The position numbers and the translations under genes were made by a program. The notes beneath the pieces were generated by a model that saw only the letters and a list, made by a program, of their open reading frames with translations, was not told the DNA's origin and did no database searches. From Phycisphaera sp. RhM (GTDB lineage: Bacteria; Planctomycetota; Planctomycetia; Pirellulales; Pirellulaceae): a stretch of DNA of 64,000 nucleotides. Below, piece by piece: positions 28,601-37,212 of the stretch. The stretch covers positions 19,226 through 83,225 of the forward strand of contig WCIL01000038.1 in NCBI GenBank assembly GCA_033042175.1, written 5' to 3'. How positions within the stretch are numbered: position 1 is the stretch's first letter; every line of letters starts with the position of its first letter.

Positions 28601-29219
28601 CGGCAACCTGGTCGCCGCGACCGCGGGAACGCTTTCGCTGTTAGTCGCACGCGGGCTTAGCAGTGGCGACACGATGCCGGTCTTGCAAGCCGTCTTGGAC
28701 ACCCAGTTCTGGTTGGCGACCCACGTGATCAGCGTTTCGCTGGGCTACGTTGCAACGATGGTGGCCGGCATGCTGGGGATCGGTTATCTGATCAGTAACT
28801 GGATCGGCGCCGAGGAACGCGCGGGGCGATCGCTGTATCGAATGATCTACGGCGCCGCGTGCTTCGGGATCCTGTTTAGCACCGTCGGGACCATCCTGGG
28901 CGGGTTGTGGGCCGATGACAGTTGGGGTCGCTTCTGGGGCTGGGACCCGAAAGAAAATGGCGCGTTGCTGATTGTGATTTGGAACGCGTTGATGCTGCAC
29001 GCCCGCTGGGACGGGATGGTCAAGGCGCGCGGCTTCGCGATCCTCTCCATCGGCGGCAATATCGTGACGGCGTGGAGTTGGTTCGGGACCAACGAACTGG
29101 GGATCGGGCTGCACAGCTACGGCTTCACCCAAGGCGTGCTGATGTGGCTGACGGTCTTCATGGCGACGCAGTTCGCGTTCTTGATCGCAGGCCTACTCGC
29201 TTGGCGCAAAGTGGGGTAA
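25635..29219 (+). CDS. ccsBA: fused system II cytochrome c biogenesis protein (ResB/Ccs1 + CcsA/ResC)
   Basis: The N-terminal ResB-like part is TM helices plus a large soluble loop. The C-terminal CcsA part carries the tryptophan-rich WWD motif 'WADDSWGRFWGWDPKENGALLIVIWN' and flanking His residues. Confidence 0.88.
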   Translation: MATIPNPSGQFPKEREESTVISSADVLAALGSLKLTVGLFAASLIIVLVGTLAQDEMNMQDVKERYFVSWIAWMHFDDFFPQAFFPHANPIRGIIPFPGGALIGVLLMINLIASKATRFRVSASGGRLAAGIVFVLAGFVVAGLIIASGHSSDGLQGAPPISYESLWYVVQGIGVAAAIGLTAVSTNVKHRSLRILGYITAALLAGIIAYTFFSGARIGDPGLRIVWQLTKGLGAGVILLVGCLLIFGRQGGNLLLHFGVGLLMFGQFAFGDRQLEQRISLVEGESTNALINLDKVELTFIVPGEEEDMVTAIPGPQIGQALSTGELIRDDALPADVKVVAFYENSDLINPKPTGNPATKGVGLEVQAIEARKRGGTDGEVNVAAAYIELIDKESGESLGTHLVSQMLSDRETLVPGGTAKDVYDEVTINETQYKIGLKYHREVKPYWVHLEDVQRRNYSGTETPRDYSSYIRIIDTETGEDRRERVWMNNPLRYRGETFFQSSYTPLPGGKELTGLQVVRNSGWLIPYVACSIMALGMLAHFTGTLKRFVGRRERERAKEMAELSQEDRQVLTSSRPAVIAFNIAAVLALMMLIPLPAAMTSLRPDSRDKDYDFYTAGKIPAQFGGRVLPLDAFARQTLKAISNKESLPMENAPGAIKSRVDKKSMSAMQWLMEVAIDDPALRYLPMFRVDAEEVRSQLKLERRESRLYSLDELLTEWPKADALIKAARGKDEAALSFKEKKLLELDRRTRQYMLTAEAFQLPRPPEIPTDNLPEGITEEMVRRFAIDELQRRMASIQNMPTARIVPPTQDEATDAVNDPDWSAFAPAFFADASLGPSEDPDRQLASDPFSRMIESYSDEKKDFEGFNQAVDDQLALSAAYPIPGLNSKKVALERWMESNSPEVRATILYILSMVMALLFLAIGDHRLRNATWGVLLVAALIHSVAILSRIYITGRAPVINIYSSAVFIGWAAVLGGLVIDRIYRLGFGNLVAATAGTLSLLVARGLSSGDTMPVLQAVLDTQFWLATHVISVSLGYVATMVAGMLGIGYLISNWIGAEERAGRSLYRMIYGAACFGILFSTVGTILGGLWADDSWGRFWGWDPKENGALLIVIWNALMLHARWDGMVKARGFAILSIGGNIVTAWSWFGTNELGIGLHSYGFTQGVLMWLTVFMATQFAFLIAGLLAWRKVG

Positions 29220-29352
29220 GCATCCTGCTTGCCGGAAAGTGGGGTAAGCATCCTGCTTGCCATCCAAGCTGAATCGCAAGCTGGAAGCTTATGCCACTGA
29301 ATCGCAAGCTGGAAGCTTACGCCACTGATCGCAAGCTGGAAGCTTACGCCAC
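29208..29352. repeat. composite tandem repeats between convergent ccsBA and putA
   Basis: (aaagtggggtaagcatcctgcttgcc)x2 lies at 29208-29233 and 29237-29262. (CGCAAGCTGGAAGCTTAYGCCAC)x3 lies at 29275-29297, 29303-29325 and 29330-29352. Confidence 0.95.
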
Positions 29353-32300
29353 CGGTTGCCGGCGGCCGAGGTTGCCGTAGCGGTGGTAGTCGTGGGAGAT
29401 CGATTGCTCGTTGAGGTAACGCAGCATCTCGATCTCCGCGTCATCGACCACCGTTTCCGCGATGATGCTGATGAAAGCCTGTCGGCAGGCGTCGTGCAGC
29501 AGCGTCGGCAGTTGCTTCGTCGCGGTCAACACGCGTAGACGATCGACGCGGCCGTCGGAAATTTCTTCCGCCAACGCTTCGTCGGATTCTTGTACCCATT
29601 CGCATCGCCACGAGCTGACCGCGTTGTCGATCAGGTGTTCAGAAATGCGTTCCAGTACCGGGACCAAATCCGAGGATTCGTTGCAGAGCGAGTAGGTCAC
29701 CGGGCATTTCGCCGCCGCCGCGGCGAGCATGGAGACGGCCAGGTCGTCTGCCGTTTCGTTTCCCTGTAGCCGTACGCGAAGTTGTCCCACCGGCAGATAA
29801 CGTCGCCAATTGTCTTGGCCGATCAACCGAACGTGATCGTGCATCGCCCCGGTCAATTGACCGGCGGCGCGTTTGGCGGATGCTGCGAATCGCATCGCAC
29901 GATCGATGTCGATCACGTCTGCATCGAGCCCGCCGATCGCTTCGAGCGCGTCGTCGACCGGCGTGGTTTCGGTGGCCGTCGCCGGGTTTTTGGCAGCAAC
30001 GTGAACTTCATTCGAATTCGTGGAGTCGGTGTTTTCGAGTCGCATCAGCGGCAGCACGTAGTGCGGGCCACCGGCTTTGGCGCCCGGGCCGTAGCCGCTG
30101 CTGCCGATGCCGCCGAAGGGTTGTCGCAGGACGATGGCGCCGGTGGTGGGACGATTGATGTACAAGTTGCCGGCGCGGATGTTGTCTCGCCAAAGTCGCT
30201 GCTCGCGATCGTCCAAACTTTCCAGCCCGCTGGTCAGGCCGTAACCGGTCGCGTTGACCATCTCGATCGCTTCTTCGAGTCGCGTGAACGACATCACGCC
30301 CAACACTGGACCGAACAGTTCGGTGCGATGGGTAAAACTTCCTCGACGCACGTTCCACTTGATTCCCGGTCGATACAACTGGCGGTTGTCACCGACCCGG
30401 CGCGGCATCACCAGCCAGTCTTCACCGGATTCCAATTCCTTGATGCCTTGTTCCAGCACGCCGCTGGGCGGACGAATCAAGGGGCCGACCCGAGAGGACA
30501 GATCCCACACCGAGCCGACCGGCAAGCTTTCGGCGGCATCGGCCAACGTGTTTCGAAAGTCGGCATCGTTGTAGAGTTCTTGATCGAGCAGCAGCAACGA
30601 CGTCGCGCTGCATTTCTGTCCCGAGTGACTGAAGGCACTGTGCAAGACATGTTTGATGGCCGTGTCACGATCCGACAATGAGGTCACGATCGTTGCGTTC
30701 TTGCCACCGGTTTCCGCAATCAGCTGCAATTCGGGACGCTGCCGCAGCATTGTTTTCGCCGTCTCGGTCCCGCCGGTCAGGATCACCGCGTCGATTCGCG
30801 GATCATCGACCAACCGTTTGCCCGCACCGGAACCGCTGCAGGGGACCAGTTGCAGAGCGGTTTCGGGAACGCCGGCGTCCCAGAAACACTTCGCCAACCG
30901 ATAGGCCGGCAAAACGGTATCGCTGGCGGGTTTTAGGATCACGGTATTGCCCGCGGCCAGCGCGGCAACCACGCCGCCACAGGGGATCGCCAACGGAAAA
31001 TTCCAGGGGCTGATCACTGCGACGGTTCCACGCGGCGAGGCCGAGAACGGGCTGCCCGGCCGTCCGGCACGCTGCTGATACGGCCGGACGGTCAATGGAT
31101 AAAACTCGGTGAAATCAATCGCTTCGCTGACTTCCGGATCGGCTTCGGAGATTAATTTTCCGCCGTCGATCATCATCGCGCCGATCAATTCCCCCCGCCG
31201 CGCCCGCATGTTCTGTGCGGCCTTGCGAAACAATTCGTACCGGGCGTCCCAAGACATCTGGCGCCAACGAGCCGGATCGTCGCTGGCGCAGCCGATCGCA
31301 TCGTCGACATCTTGCGCCGTCGCTTCGGTAAAACGGCAAGCCACGTGACCGGGCCGCGAAGGGTCCATGGATTCGCGCAGCACACGGGCGTGGGGAGCGG
31401 CGGAAGAACCGGACGATGCATCGGGGGCGCGCGTCTGGCCGGCGATGTTCAAGGGGACGTGTTCGGCGGCGTCATCGCAGCGGGGCTTCCAATCCGCCAC
31501 AATCGATTCGGCCCACTCGCTGTGCTGCGTGAGTGCCCAATCGGTGTCCGGTTCGTTGACGTAGGACCTCCAGTTTGCCGCGGCGTCCGGTTGGCTGGGA
31601 GGCGTTCGTCGGTCTTGGCCGCGACGAGGCGCCGTCGCGACGCTGTCGATCATTGCCAGTGATTCGCGAAAGCCGTCGGCAAGCCGGTTCCACGTGTCCG
31701 AGTCGGGTGTCAGGCGGAACGAATAACGCAGGAAATTGTCTTTGCCGGTGTTCTCATCCAAACGGCGGATCAGGTAGCCGATCGCGTTGATGAAGTCTTC
31801 GCGGCGACAGGCCGGGGCATAGAGCAGCATTCGGGGAGCGGATTCGAACAGCGCGCGTCGTTGGTGATTGGCCATCCCTTCAAGCATTTCGAATTGCATT
31901 CGGTCCAACACCGTCGCTTGCAACGCGTCGTTTGTCTCGACACCGCGGCGTTGGGTGCGAGAGCCCCAGAGCATTGCCAGGGCGATGTCGAACAGGTTGT
32001 GCGATGCGACACCGATCAGCAGATGACCGTCGGCGGCGGCCCGGATCATCGACCGCAGCATGCGTTTAAAGTTTGCGTCGGTCTGTGTCTTCTGCGTGTA
32101 CGGAGTCTGTGGCCACCCGCCCACGGACGCTTCGACGCGTTCCATTTCCATGTTGGCGCCCTTGACCAATCGGACAGTGATCGGCACGCCGCCGGCGCGG
32201 ACCCGTTCGGCTGACCACTCAATCAGATGGGTCAGCACGTCGAAGGAATCGGGGATATAGGCTTGCAAGGCGATGCCGGCACGCACTTGTTCCAGCCCCG

Positions 32301-33099
32301 GTCGGCCGAGTGTTTCGGTAAACGCGTCAGCGGTCAGATGCAGATCGCGGTATTCCTCCATGTCCAGATAGACGAACTTGGAACTGACGGTTCCGTCGGC
32401 ACGGGTGAATCGTTCTCGCGCCGCGGCGCGATAGAGTAACTCCAATCGATCCGACACGACCGCGACGGTGTGGCGACGCGCGATCGTCGAGATCTGACTC
32501 AACAGGGTCGAGAGCTTGACGCTGATGCAAGCGATCTCGGGGATTTGCAAAGCGCGCAAATAGTTTTGCAGTCTGGCGTTGGCGTCGTCTTCCCCCAACA
32601 ACGACTCACCCAAGAAGTTCACGTTCATCAGCACGCCGGAATCCTGACGCGCGGCCAAGTGCTCGCGCAGCGGTTGTTCCTCCGCCGGCAAAATCACGTT
32701 CGCCGTTTCCTGCCGCATCTTGTCCTTGACCAGCGGCACCGCGACTCCGGGCAAGTAGCCGCCGAAGGTTTGAAACCCGCGGAGCATCGTTTGTTCGAGC
32801 GGGCTGAAAAAACGCGGCACTCCCTGGACATCCAAAATGTGAGTCAATTGATCGGCCACCCGTGCGGGGCTGTGCGTGCGAAACGCCTGGTCGGTCATTT
32901 CGACCAGCGTTGCTTTGTCGCCGGGGCGACTGATCATCCGATCCAGTTCGGCTTGTTGATGGCGTTCCTGAGGGGTTTGCAGGGCACGCGATCGCAGCAG
33001 CAGCGCCTTGGCAATCTCGATCGCCGCGTCGGCATCGTCGTCGAAGTGGTCGTCTGCGATTGCCAATAGCGTGGCGAGGTCCAGCGGGGTGTCACTCAT
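29344..33099 (-). CDS. putA: bifunctional proline dehydrogenase / L-glutamate gamma-semialdehyde dehydrogenase
   Basis: It is 1251 aa. The central aldehyde dehydrogenase motifs are 'IAETGGKNATIV' and 'FSHSGQKCSATS'. An N-terminal proline dehydrogenase barrel region is present. Confidence 0.93.
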   Translation of the reverse strand: MSDTPLDLATLLAIADDHFDDDADAAIEIAKALLLRSRALQTPQERHQQAELDRMISRPGDKATLVEMTDQAFRTHSPARVADQLTHILDVQGVPRFFSPLEQTMLRGFQTFGGYLPGVAVPLVKDKMRQETANVILPAEEQPLREHLAARQDSGVLMNVNFLGESLLGEDDANARLQNYLRALQIPEIACISVKLSTLLSQISTIARRHTVAVVSDRLELLYRAAARERFTRADGTVSSKFVYLDMEEYRDLHLTADAFTETLGRPGLEQVRAGIALQAYIPDSFDVLTHLIEWSAERVRAGGVPITVRLVKGANMEMERVEASVGGWPQTPYTQKTQTDANFKRMLRSMIRAAADGHLLIGVASHNLFDIALAMLWGSRTQRRGVETNDALQATVLDRMQFEMLEGMANHQRRALFESAPRMLLYAPACRREDFINAIGYLIRRLDENTGKDNFLRYSFRLTPDSDTWNRLADGFRESLAMIDSVATAPRRGQDRRTPPSQPDAAANWRSYVNEPDTDWALTQHSEWAESIVADWKPRCDDAAEHVPLNIAGQTRAPDASSGSSAAPHARVLRESMDPSRPGHVACRFTEATAQDVDDAIGCASDDPARWRQMSWDARYELFRKAAQNMRARRGELIGAMMIDGGKLISEADPEVSEAIDFTEFYPLTVRPYQQRAGRPGSPFSASPRGTVAVISPWNFPLAIPCGGVVAALAAGNTVILKPASDTVLPAYRLAKCFWDAGVPETALQLVPCSGSGAGKRLVDDPRIDAVILTGGTETAKTMLRQRPELQLIAETGGKNATIVTSLSDRDTAIKHVLHSAFSHSGQKCSATSLLLLDQELYNDADFRNTLADAAESLPVGSVWDLSSRVGPLIRPPSGVLEQGIKELESGEDWLVMPRRVGDNRQLYRPGIKWNVRRGSFTHRTELFGPVLGVMSFTRLEEAIEMVNATGYGLTSGLESLDDREQRLWRDNIRAGNLYINRPTTGAIVLRQPFGGIGSSGYGPGAKAGGPHYVLPLMRLENTDSTNSNEVHVAAKNPATATETTPVDDALEAIGGLDADVIDIDRAMRFAASAKRAAGQLTGAMHDHVRLIGQDNWRRYLPVGQLRVRLQGNETADDLAVSMLAAAAAKCPVTYSLCNESSDLVPVLERISEHLIDNAVSSWRCEWVQESDEALAEEISDGRVDRLRVLTATKQLPTLLHDACRQAFISIIAETVVDDAEIEMLRYLNEQSISHDYHRYGNLGRRQPVA

Positions 33100-33635
33100 C
33101 GCACAAGGTTCCCAGCGTGAAGGTCGAGAGAGAGTGGAATCGTTTTATAACAGCAAACGAAGGTGTGTCGCCCCGTCGCTGGTTCGAACCGGCGAGGTTG
33201 GTTGGTGATCGGCCGCTCTCCGCGATCCTACGGCGCAGGGATGACCGTACGATGAGTGCAAACGCAGGAGGCTGCGCCATGCGTGATGGCGGACGGACAG
33301 AATGACTTGAAGTGGCAGAACGATACGGGGCAGAATGATGTCCCGGCCGCTCCGGTCTTAGACCCAGGAACAGACGGCTAGCCCATCATTGTGAACCGTA
33401 TCGCTCTGCCATCCCCCGGCTAAGAAGGTTGCGAAGAAATTCGATAACGGCTTGTGACAGACGCTGCAAAGAAGCCCCATCGACGCTCATCAACGACCGA
33501 TTCGTTGATGCGACAACGTTGACGCCGCGTGCGCGGCTTGATCACCCCCGCAGGGTACCGTAAGATCGGGTGGTGGGAGACGTTCCTCGTTCCGTTCGAG
33601 AATACTAAGCGTTCGCCGACTAAGTCCAACGCAGC

Positions 33636-33965
33636 TTGACCATCAACTCCGATCCTTATCGCCCGCCATTAGATCAGGTACCGCATCAAGGCGTCAGCCC
33701 GATCGTGACCGTGCTTGACGTGGCTGGCTTGGTCTTCGGCGGTTTCTGGTGTGCTGTTGCCACACTGATCGTTGTATACATGATCTCCATTCCGATCCTG
33801 TACCTCGGCTTCTCCGATCCCTCGGTTTCATACTCACACTGGCCTTGGCTCAATTTCGTATACTCTGGATTCTTCGGCACCATCGCAGCGATGCTTGGAT
33901 TCCCTTTGGTCGTCTTTCTCATTCGTCGACGTCGGCGGCTGGCTGCTTCACCCGACGAAGAGTGA
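33636..33965 (+). CDS. small membrane protein (109 aa), TTG start, hypothetical
   Basis: 'DPYRPPLDQ' is followed by three hydrophobic segments and an 'RRRRRL' stop-transfer. It lies in a lower-GC stretch, and coding status is uncertain. Confidence 0.4.
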   Translation: MTINSDPYRPPLDQVPHQGVSPIVTVLDVAGLVFGGFWCAVATLIVVYMISIPILYLGFSDPSVSYSHWPWLNFVYSGFFGTIAAMLGFPLVVFLIRRRRRLAASPDEE

Positions 33966-34057
33966 TGGTTGCGGATAACCATGGCATTCACACGGAGCGG
34001 GGCTTGCGCTCGAATTTGAAATGGGCACCTTTATTCTCCCCGCCCGGTTACGGCAGG

Positions 34058-34392
34058 CGTTGAACTTAATCGAATTGCTTTCCGCTTCGACGGTTGATGT
34101 GCGGTCGCGGTGGGCTGAGTTTGCGTGAGACTTGCAACCGTCAGGCTGACGCCAGCTTCTTGAATCCTCTGGCCGTAGGTCGTCAGCGTTTTGGTGCGAC
34201 AAACGTCTTGATCTCTTGTGGCCCATCGTGTGATCCAGCGGCGCATGACTCCCCCGTCACTCGCGTTGTGTGGTCCGAGGTGGTTTTCTTTGACTGAAGG
34301 ACGAATTCGACCGAACACACGACGCGCGGATCCTTGGGAGTCGAGCGCCTTGGGATGTTTGCAGTGCACCAATGAGATCAAAACGCGGTTTG
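34058..34392 (+). repeat. MITE-like dispersed repeat, copy 1 (about 335 bp)
   Basis: It aligns by eye along its whole length with 35041-35377 in the same orientation, at roughly 80% or more identity (not computed). Its ends, 'cgttgaacttaatcg' and 'cattggtgc...caatgagatcaaaacg', are weakly inverted. Confidence 0.85.
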
Positions 34393-34428
34393 CCCCACGA
34401 GGTCCGACGTTCTGCTCGGCAGACTGCG

Positions 34429-34683
34429 CTACAATGTCCTCACTCGTGCAACCTCAACGGTTCGGTCGGGATCGCTGACCGAGAATACGGCACGAAGGGG
34501 CGGGGCATCATAGACACGCAATCCCTCACTCAGCGATTTGCCCTTTGCCGTCGCATCGCTGGCGAGTTCGCGATCGATTTCCGCGGATGTGGCCGTGACT
34601 GCATCTCGATCTTGGGCCGCCAGCCAAATGTTACCCAACTCGTCGATGGCGTCGCGCAACCAAACGACCGTATAGCGGGTCAC
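34429..34683 (-). CDS. type II toxin, ParE/RelE superfamily
   Basis: It is 84 aa: 'MTRYTVVWLRDAIDELGNIWLAA...' with C-terminus 'RAVFSVSDPDRTVEVARVRTL', the typical ParE-like layout. It overlaps the upstream small gene by 4 nt (ATGA). Confidence 0.7.
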   Translation of the reverse strand: MTRYTVVWLRDAIDELGNIWLAAQDRDAVTATSAEIDRELASDATAKGKSLSEGLRVYDAPPLRAVFSVSDPDRTVEVARVRTL

Positions 34684-34898
34684 GATGCTTCGAGCCCGCG
34701 GAGATGATCGAGTACATCGGTGTAAGATAGCCGCGGCTGATCGGAATCGAGACGCTCCCGAGCGATGCGGACGTCCTCCAAATCGATCTCCCTGGCGAGA
34801 ATTCCCAGCCGATTCCCTTTTTCGTCGACTAACTCAATGCCATCGGTCGCATTTTGCAATTGGCGAATCTGATCGGCGGTTGCTACTATACGAATCAT
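34680..34898 (-). CDS. putative antitoxin (72 aa)
   Basis: It sits immediately upstream of the toxin and overlaps it by 4 nt. It is small and acidic. The family was not recognised. Confidence 0.55.
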   Translation of the reverse strand: MIRIVATADQIRQLQNATDGIELVDEKGNRLGILAREIDLEDVRIARERLDSDQPRLSYTDVLDHLRGLEAS

Positions 34899-35040
34899 CT
34901 ACATGACCTCCACGATTGCCGTTATTTTACGCCAGGACGTCAACCGATACAAATACGAGCAAAACCATGCGTTGATACGAAGCGGCGGTGGTCAGTTTGA
35001 CAAAATTGACAATCATCCCCCCGCCACCCGCATATCGCCA

Positions 35041-35377
35041 ACGTTGAACTTAATCGAATGGATTACCGCGTCGACGGTTGACATGCGGTCTCGGCGGGGC
35101 GGGGTTTTATGGGACTTGCAACCGAACGGCTGACGCCAGATTCTTGAGTCCTCTGGCCGTAGGTCGTCAGCGTTCTGGTGCGGTCGCCGTCTCGATCTCT
35201 CTTGGCCCATCGAGTGATTCAGCGGCGCATGACTCCCTCGTGACTTGCGTTGCGTGATCCGAGGGTGTTTTTCTTTGACTGAAAGACGAATCCGACCAAA
35301 CGCACGACGCGCCGATCCTTGGGAGTCGAGCGCCTTGGAGTTTTTGAAGTGCACCCATGAGATTAAAGCGTGGTTTG
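35041..35377 (+). repeat. MITE-like dispersed repeat, copy 2 (about 337 bp)
   Basis: See copy 1. Both copies share the internal hairpin 'gctgacgccag-ttcttga-tcctctggccgtaggtcgtcagc'. Confidence 0.85.
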
Positions 35378-35671
35378 TACCGCGACGCTGATGAACTGTG
35401 TGCAAGAGACGTTAGAAGCAGACGGTGTTCGGGGTGGCGGATTGATCGACGTGATACGGCTATTCGCTGTGATCCCTCCGGGATGTCAATTGTAGCAGTG
35501 ACGGATTTGATCGTCGCGGAAGGCGCCAAGACGTTCGCGGCGTGGGCCCTCTCTGGCGTTTGCTTGCTGGGCAAACGCCGTCTCTCTCAGAGGGAGAGAA
35601 TCTAAATCGGTTGCCAAAGGCTGCCTTTACACAATCGATCTCCCCAGGCGTACCGTGGACGCCGGGCGTCA

Positions 35672-36964
35672 CTACCGCTGACGGATCGAGGCTTCGCCAT
35701 CGAGGTTGCGGACGCTGCGGAACGTGGCTGCCGGCAAGCCGTCGGAGGCGGCCGCGGGTGAGGACGGCAACAGCACCGAATTCCAGGCCGCCATCCAGCG
35801 ACTCGGCGGTGCCAGCATCGCGGTGATCCGGGCGGCGTCGATCCGCTGGGCAGGCGGCGCGGCGATCGGGCGACCGCGCGAGTACAACACGACGTTGTCG
35901 CCGATGCCGGTCAGCGTCATCGTTTCATCTCGGATGTCGAAATCGAGCGCCAGTTCACATTCGATCCCGTTCGGATTGGGAACCAACTCCCGCTCGTCGA
36001 CCGCCATCGCCAAGTGGTCACGCATCGCCATCAGCAGTGGGGTTTTGATTCGCAAATTCGCGGGCTTGGTCGATTGCAACGTGCCGACCAAGTGCACCGA
36101 CTCGCCCGGATCGATCACGCAGCGACGGAAATGCAGTTCCGCCTGGCCGATCACACGGTGCGGCAGATGGTCGGTCAAGTCGTTCAGGCTGAGCTTGGTC
36201 AATGAAGACGAACCCAGGTCAAACGACCAGCCATGGGAGGTTTGTCGGCATGCGATCACGCCGGTGAATTCTGCCCTCGGACCGAGGTGCTCGATCGCCG
36301 GCGCGTACTCGGCCAGCGCGGAGCAGGGCAGGGCGGTGCCGTCAGTCGACAGCACCAGTTCAGTCGCCGGTACCTCGCGGTCGCGATCGCGAAATAACTC
36401 GACCCGGATCCGCGGTCCGACCTGACGGGCGGTGTTCTCCGCGCGGGCGATCAACCGCACGCTCTCGCCTTCGGGCGTGATCGTTGCCGAAACGTCCAGC
36501 GGAGGCATCGATCCGGTCCGGCTGAGAATGCTCACGTCCGTCGCTGCAATCGAAATCGGCAGCACCGTTTGCGCCGGCCGGCTGATCAGACGGTCGTGCA
36601 GCATCGTCCAAGCATGGCCCAGACCGGCCGACTGAAATTCCGGCTGGTGCAGCACCATCGCCACATGATCGCGTTCGTGAAGGTAGTCAATCAATCGGAT
36701 GGTCACGACGTGTTGCCGAGTATCCGGATCGCGGACCCGTACGTTCTCCAACACGTATTTCCCCGGCGCGATCCGCCGGCAGGTGTCGATTTGAAACACC
36801 AAACCCGTCTGCAAATTAAGGCGGTGCGTCAGCTCGGCCAGCTTGCGTGACTGGTACCACGACGTCCAAGTGACCAGGATCGAGAACACGACGATCGAGG
36901 TCGGGACCGCGCAGCAGAAAACGAACAGCAATCGAGCGACGGCTCGCTGGGTCCGTTCATGCAT
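35672..36964 (-). CDS. N-terminally membrane-anchored protein, unknown function
   Basis: 'MHERTQRAVARLLFVFCCAVPTSIVVFSILVTW' is followed by about 390 aa with no recognised motif. It lies downstream of the M50 gene on the same strand. Confidence 0.6.
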   Translation of the reverse strand: MHERTQRAVARLLFVFCCAVPTSIVVFSILVTWTSWYQSRKLAELTHRLNLQTGLVFQIDTCRRIAPGKYVLENVRVRDPDTRQHVVTIRLIDYLHERDHVAMVLHQPEFQSAGLGHAWTMLHDRLISRPAQTVLPISIAATDVSILSRTGSMPPLDVSATITPEGESVRLIARAENTARQVGPRIRVELFRDRDREVPATELVLSTDGTALPCSALAEYAPAIEHLGPRAEFTGVIACRQTSHGWSFDLGSSSLTKLSLNDLTDHLPHRVIGQAELHFRRCVIDPGESVHLVGTLQSTKPANLRIKTPLLMAMRDHLAMAVDERELVPNPNGIECELALDFDIRDETMTLTGIGDNVVLYSRGRPIAAPPAQRIDAARITAMLAPPSRWMAAWNSVLLPSSPAAASDGLPAATFRSVRNLDGEASIRQR

Positions 36965-37176
36965 CCATGCAATCCCCTTTGGTGACGACAGTTCACCCGA
37001 GATTCTAGGTGGCAGGCGGGGGACAGGGGTAGATCGGTTCGGTGGCCGAGAGAGATTCGCGGCAAGAGAGTTTTGCTAGCAACTGGTGGGTTGAGAGAAG
37101 GGGCGGGGAGATGGCAGGGAAACAAGCAGAAAAGAAAATGGGCGACGGGGGGATGTGAAGGATGACGCGGGCGGCG

Positions 37177-37204
37177 TCTCAAATCTCAAATCTCAAATCT
37201 CAAA
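37177..37204 (-). repeat. perfect heptanucleotide tandem repeat, (TTTGAGA)x4 in transcript sense (TCTCAAA on the + strand)
   Basis: Plus strand 37177-37204 reads tctcaaa x4. It begins 8 nt after the M50 gene stop (37213-37215) on the minus strand. Confidence 0.95.
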
Positions 37205-37212
37205 TCGACGAC

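Noticed and set aside
33178-33195. tRNA-like T-loop string 'ggttcgaacc'
   Set aside because: The flanking bases do not form a T-stem, and no acceptor or anticodon arms can be drawn. No tRNA was found anywhere in the window.
33420-33629. 69-aa minus-strand ORF in the putA upstream region
   Set aside because: It has no motif and odd composition, and it lies in repeat-containing intergenic DNA. Insufficient support.
34031-34381. 116-aa and 130-aa minus-strand ORFs (34031-34381 and 35013-35405) inside the two MITE-like repeat copies, considered as a duplicated gene or transposase remnant
   Set aside because: The two copies change reading frame relative to each other because of indels. No transposase or other protein motif was recognised. 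The conservation pattern is not codon-like.
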